Shown: positions 59,701-64,000 of the stretch, piece by piece
Layout of the letters: each line of letters begins with the position of its first letter
Numbering within the stretch: the stretch's first letter is position 1
Source: Raillietiella orientalis
Lineage: Eukaryota
Direction of reading: 5' to 3'
DNA length: 64,000 bases
NCBI GenBank assembly: GCA_036172245.1
Contig: JAYWIR010000016.1
Span: 3,410,001-3,474,000 of the forward strand
Notes under the pieces: generated by a model
Told to the model about the DNA's origin: nothing
The model's database searches: none
What the model saw: only the letters and a program-made list of their open reading frames with translations
Program-made: the position numbers and the translations under genes

Positions 59701-62700
59701 TAAGATGTTACAGGCAGAGCTATGCAGTAAGTAATTCCAATTTCAGTAAACATACTCTTGTTTCTAAGATATATAAAGAACGAAATCTCCATATGGTTGA
59801 AGAGCATGTTCTTTATTTTATGGCAAGAAATTTTCGCATTCTATCCATGCCAAAAGAAGCACTTAAATGCTATGAGGATCTTCTTAAGAAAGAAGCTTTG
59901 CAAAGCGTGATGCATCAAGCAGCAGCATTTCAGAACTATATCATGACAGTTAAGGTATTCATCAACATTCACATCTGACCTTTATTCTAAATACTGTGAA
60001 TGCAGTCAGAATTGCAGTAAACTGTTTGAATAGTGGAGTTTAATAGAAAAATTTTCGTAAAATTGAAATTAGCTTTTTCTGAAAGAAAGTTTCAATTGAT
60101 GCCGTTGAAAAATATCTTGCATTAATTTTCATATTGAAATATGATCATTTTTGAAGATATTTACTAGAATTCATAGTGTGTGACCTTTAAAAGTGATAAT
60201 AAATATATAATGTCTGCCATTCAATCTTGGAAAACTGGCTCTTTTGTAAATAGGAAAATATATTCCAAATTAATAATTATTACTGCAATAGTGAACTATT
60301 TATCTGATTTGTAGTTGTGACAGTTAATTTAGAGATGCTGGAATAAGGGTTTCGCAACTTGAAAAAAACTAAAAAACAAAACAGTTTCATGTCTTTTGAA
60401 TTGACTGAATGAGAAGCATATCAAAGAGATATTCTTCTCATTCAGTTAGTCTCATTTTAATGAGAATTGAAGCCACAAAGATAGTAACATGCATCATTGA
60501 GAATATGTCTTTTATTTACCAAAGCGAATTATTGAAATTCATTGAAATAAAGCTGTATAATGTGTTTCTGTTAAAATAAAAAGACGTTTTTTTTTTTTAC
60601 TCATATCAATACCCAATCCTTGGTACAAAATTTCCAGTGAATGTGAGTGAGTTTTGTTCTTCTATTAGTGATTTGTTGATTTGAAATTTTCAGTTTTTAG
60701 GTTTGATTCTTTGAGTGCATTAAGAAAACATTAAATTCATTTAGAAAACATTAAAAATTAAATGGAAAAGCGAGTTTTATTAGTTTATTGATTACTTGAA
60801 TACCTCATACCAAAAAAGGTTTTTAGAATTTAGGTAATTCTTTTGAATAGACATAGTTGTTTGTGATGGTGCGTACTAATTTCGAGAAATGCATGAAATA
60901 GAAATTATACATGTATTCTCATTTGCAGTTTATATGCAATTTTTATTCATGGGAACATAAAAAAATTATTAGGAACAAGACCAATCTTCCTCTTGATCTT
61001 ACTATGTCCATTTTACATTCAAAGAATCCGTTTATATTTATATGTTATATGTTTATGCGTTTTACAGAAAGATCGATGCTTTGATATTGTTATTGTTTTT
61101 TGTTTCTTTTTGAATTCAAGAAATTTCCTTGAAAATTCCATCATGTGGAAATTTCACTAAAAACTGTTATGACTATATGGACAGTTATTTGGAAATTGGA
61201 AAACTTTAATTGAAGTACGCATACCACTATTTAGAGAATCATTCTTGTGGTCTTGACCACGATTATGAGAATAATGTATAAAACGGACGGAGTTTTATGA
61301 AGCATTCCCCACACATTTTTAGCTTGCTGTAAAAAGCAAACATTCACAACAGAGTCACAAATATGTTTTTTTTCGTCAGAGTATCGTCAATAATTAAGCG
61401 GAGTATCCTTTCTCATTATGTGAACCAAGGAAGTATTTAGTTTGTTCTCGTCGTTGCTCTGCTTTGCTGATAATATTCATGATTTTCATTGAACATTTTG
61501 TTTAATAAATTTTAAATAGTTAGCGAGTGTTGACGATTCTAAATGCCAAATTGAGGTGTATTTGTAAATATAAAAGCAAACTCACCCTTATGCATTAAAC
61601 TATTGAAAAGCAAAGGTAAAACTTTCACTTGTTTAGGAAGTCCAGGAGCACATTCCAAAAAATTCAAGTGCTTCACTCATCTGCCTTCCAGTGCCCTTCA
61701 TAAAGTATCAAGAAGTATCACTTTTACTTAGTTTACCTGCTCATCATGTCCCAGTTGGTTGCCTAGCTGCTTCTCATGTCTCATTCTCAGAAGATAACAG
61801 TTTGAATGAAAGGTAAAAAAATTTCACATGTTGCACATTTTGGTTTGAAGGTTTTTCAAATTAGAAGAAGAACTGTATACTAATTACAGAGGCAAGGATC
61901 CCTTTTTTAAGCCAACAATGCATTGTTTTACAAACAGTGTTCATAATAAACATCATCCTGTTGCTTATGTTGGAGGTTTGTTTGCTAATAGGTGGGCTGT
62001 TGCTTTATTATGTTGTTTTTGAATTACAGAACCAATTATTGTAAAAATTTGTATTCGCAATCCGTATGGCATAAGCTTCAATCTTAGGAATGTGAATCTT
62101 TTGTGGATCTTTGAAACAAATGACAATGAAGTCCTAACTAATGACTCAGAGCATCAGTTTCTGAATAGCTGCAAACAGGTAGTCAGTGGTTCTATTGCAC
62201 ATGTTTCCTTGGATGCTAACAGTCAACATAATGTAAGAAAAAAATTTCGTTTTCAACAGAAAAGTCATACATGTGTAGGTTTCTTTGAGCATTTTAGCAA
62301 ATGTTCAAGGAAAATTTTGTATTATTGGAATAGGCTTTTTTATTTCTAGTCAGACTGTACCTGAATCTAAGATTCTTCCTAATTTTCCTACTCTGATGGA
62401 TTGTTATGGTTCAGATTTGCCTGCTGAAAGTGATCTAAATCTGATGATTGATAGTAATCTCTTGGGAAAAAAACTATTTAATGTGCCCAATTCAAAAATA
62501 AAGGATAAAAATTCAGAGAAAAACAGAATTATCGTCAAAGATTTTAAATTGGAACCATATGTTGCCCCCAGGATGCCATGCTTGCAGGTATTTAAATATG
62601 AATTTGTGTATTCTATGCACTTTTATATAAGCTTAAGAAATATTTACTTGGCCTGTTTCCCAGTCTGTACATAACTGGGATTGTTCATTGGGTGCACTAC

Positions 62701-63289
62701 TCTGTGGAATCATCATCTAATATAATATTGACTAAAATTGAGTTATGTTTTGGCATTATGCCACTTGATTTCTACTTTTGCTTTATTTTACTCATAAATT
62801 ATTTGCTATGTGTTCATTTATTATGAAAACCATTTACTTTAATAGTTTACATGTTCAAATTGATTGATTTTTAATGTTGATTTTACTTATCTTTAAGGTC
62901 TATTTTGAAGATATGCCGGAAATTATGTATGGTACTGAAATGAGAAAATGCTATATGGTATTGAAAAATATTGGTCTCTGTACTATGCAAAATATTTCTG
63001 TGGCTTTTCACAATCCATCTTTGTTAGTCTTTGAACAAAGTTACAAGATGAAAGACATTTCAGAAAATAAAGTAGACTCAGAATCAAATGTTCTGAAATC
63101 CTTCAACCCAGTGACTGAGTCAACTAAACATAAAAAAATTCCTCTATCAACAGGAATGCACGAATTGCTCAAGCCAGGTCAAGAAATTAGAATTCCTTTT
63201 TGTATTCAAGCACCTGACGTGGATGATTCAGTAGACACTGATATGCTTTTCTACTATGAAAAGCACATGCCATTCAGCATTCAAAATCA
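53701..63289 (+). CDS. TRAPPC8: Trafficking protein particle complex subunit 8 (TRAPPC8/Trs85); 3' end lies outside the window
   Basis: Exons 53701-53854, 54445-54555, 54699-55026, 55271-55350, 56952-57010 (less certain), 58503-58670, 58727-58948, 59002-59096, 59148-59402, 59450-59726, 59769-59954, 61637-61812, 61851-61975, 62030-62232, 62279-62587, 62898-63289, all in phase. Motifs: FSKILEPFSRL, SHEYVKSCIAVMFVVSS, RKSIHRSIFSATKKFF, SPEMQARRLGDLAFLLHNYDVAY, DFFNDQAWIHFASASEM, SDLQSALFLEQ, RKYAFYLILAGYRFGKAG, EPIIVKICIRNPY. Confidence 0.95.
56429..56478. repeat. Tandem duplication of a 25-bp unit in a TRAPPC8 intron
   Basis: agacttgtctcatggagtcagtgta / agacttgtctcatggagtcggtgta, one mismatch. 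Confidence 0.9.
60402..60448. repeat. Inverted repeat / hairpin in a TRAPPC8 intron
   Basis: actgaatgagaag pairs perfectly with cttctcattcagt (13 bp). The stem continues after one mismatch with atatc/gatat around a 5-nt loop. Confidence 0.8.
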
Positions 63290-64000
63290 GTAAGATTTTA
63301 TTTTATGAAATAGTTTGTATAGGGTTCAGTAGTCGTTCTAACAAAAGAATGGATATTTCTAGCTATTTTTCCAGGAATGAATTGTGTTTAAAGAAATTTG
63401 CCCATTCCAGATTCTAATGTTTATTTTACGTTTTGTTTCGGTGAAGGTTTGGATCATAGCAATGATTATTTTTTGATCTAGGCACAAGATGATGCTTCAT
63501 GTTTTTTTTTTTTTTTAAGTTTTGATTGTTCTTGTGTAATTGCATAAGAGTATGTGTTTTTGATCTATGTAAAACACAAAGCATATAAAACATATTAGAA
63601 TTGAGACCAAATGTTTTATTTGTTTTACTTTTCGCTTTTGCAGACAGTTTACAGAGATAGAATAATGGTTGTTTGTGTATAATATTGAGTGTCCTTTCAC
63701 CACATTAACTTAAAAAATTTCAATATTGTAGCATTAATGGATTTTATGAGAAGATGCAATATCACCATCAGTAAAAGCATTTATTGTGTATCAGATTATG
63801 TGCATTAGTTGGGAGACTACATTGTTAATAGTCTCAAAGTTCAGGCATCGGAATTCGAAAAGCATCTGTGTAAAAAAATAGTTAAAGGATTTTCAAGCTA
63901 CAAATTATCAACAGAAAAAAAATAATTATTTTGCGATGTTGAGCTCTTAAAATGTAAAGCTTTTTTTGGTCCTGTGCTATACTCACGTAGCACATAGTTT

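Noticed and set aside
1..64000. Prokaryotic-type systems (CRISPR, operons, defence islands) and tRNA/rRNA/snRNA genes
   Set aside because: The sequence is intron-containing animal DNA. I recognised no repeat-spacer array, cloverleaf, rRNA or U-snRNA/SL sequence by eye; tRNAscan and Infernal were not run.

Overview
Eukaryotic genomic DNA, most likely from an invertebrate animal with a compact genome (many GT-AG introns of 38-64 nt). It is not prokaryotic, and most ORF-track entries are spurious GC-rich frames. I can reconstruct four spliced genes by hand. (1) A class-2 DYRK kinase (DYRK2/3, mbk-2-like) on +, coding exons 8389-9318 and 13361-14047. (2) PABPN1 on +, six exons, 22627-23644. (3) A ~22-kb minus-strand gene (46430 to 24014) that the ORF track mostly misses. 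It encodes an N-terminal signal-anchor-like segment, a MyRIP/melanophilin (Slac2)-type 8-Cys zinc finger, short helical blocks, two LC8-type QT motifs and a long low-complexity C-terminus. (4) TRAPPC8 on +, 16 exons from 53701, running off the window end. By eye, the window alternates between AT-rich CpG-poor blocks (5' part of DYRK, PABPN1, TRAPPC8) and GC/CpG-rich blocks (3' part of DYRK, gene 3), which looks like mosaic gene-body methylation. The best candidate for new biology is gene 3: a Rab-effector-like protein in which a membrane anchor seems to replace the Rab27-binding helix, with candidate alternative first exons that would give soluble isoforms. I recognised no tRNA, rRNA, CRISPR array or intact mobile element. 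All homology calls come from recalled motifs, not database searches.
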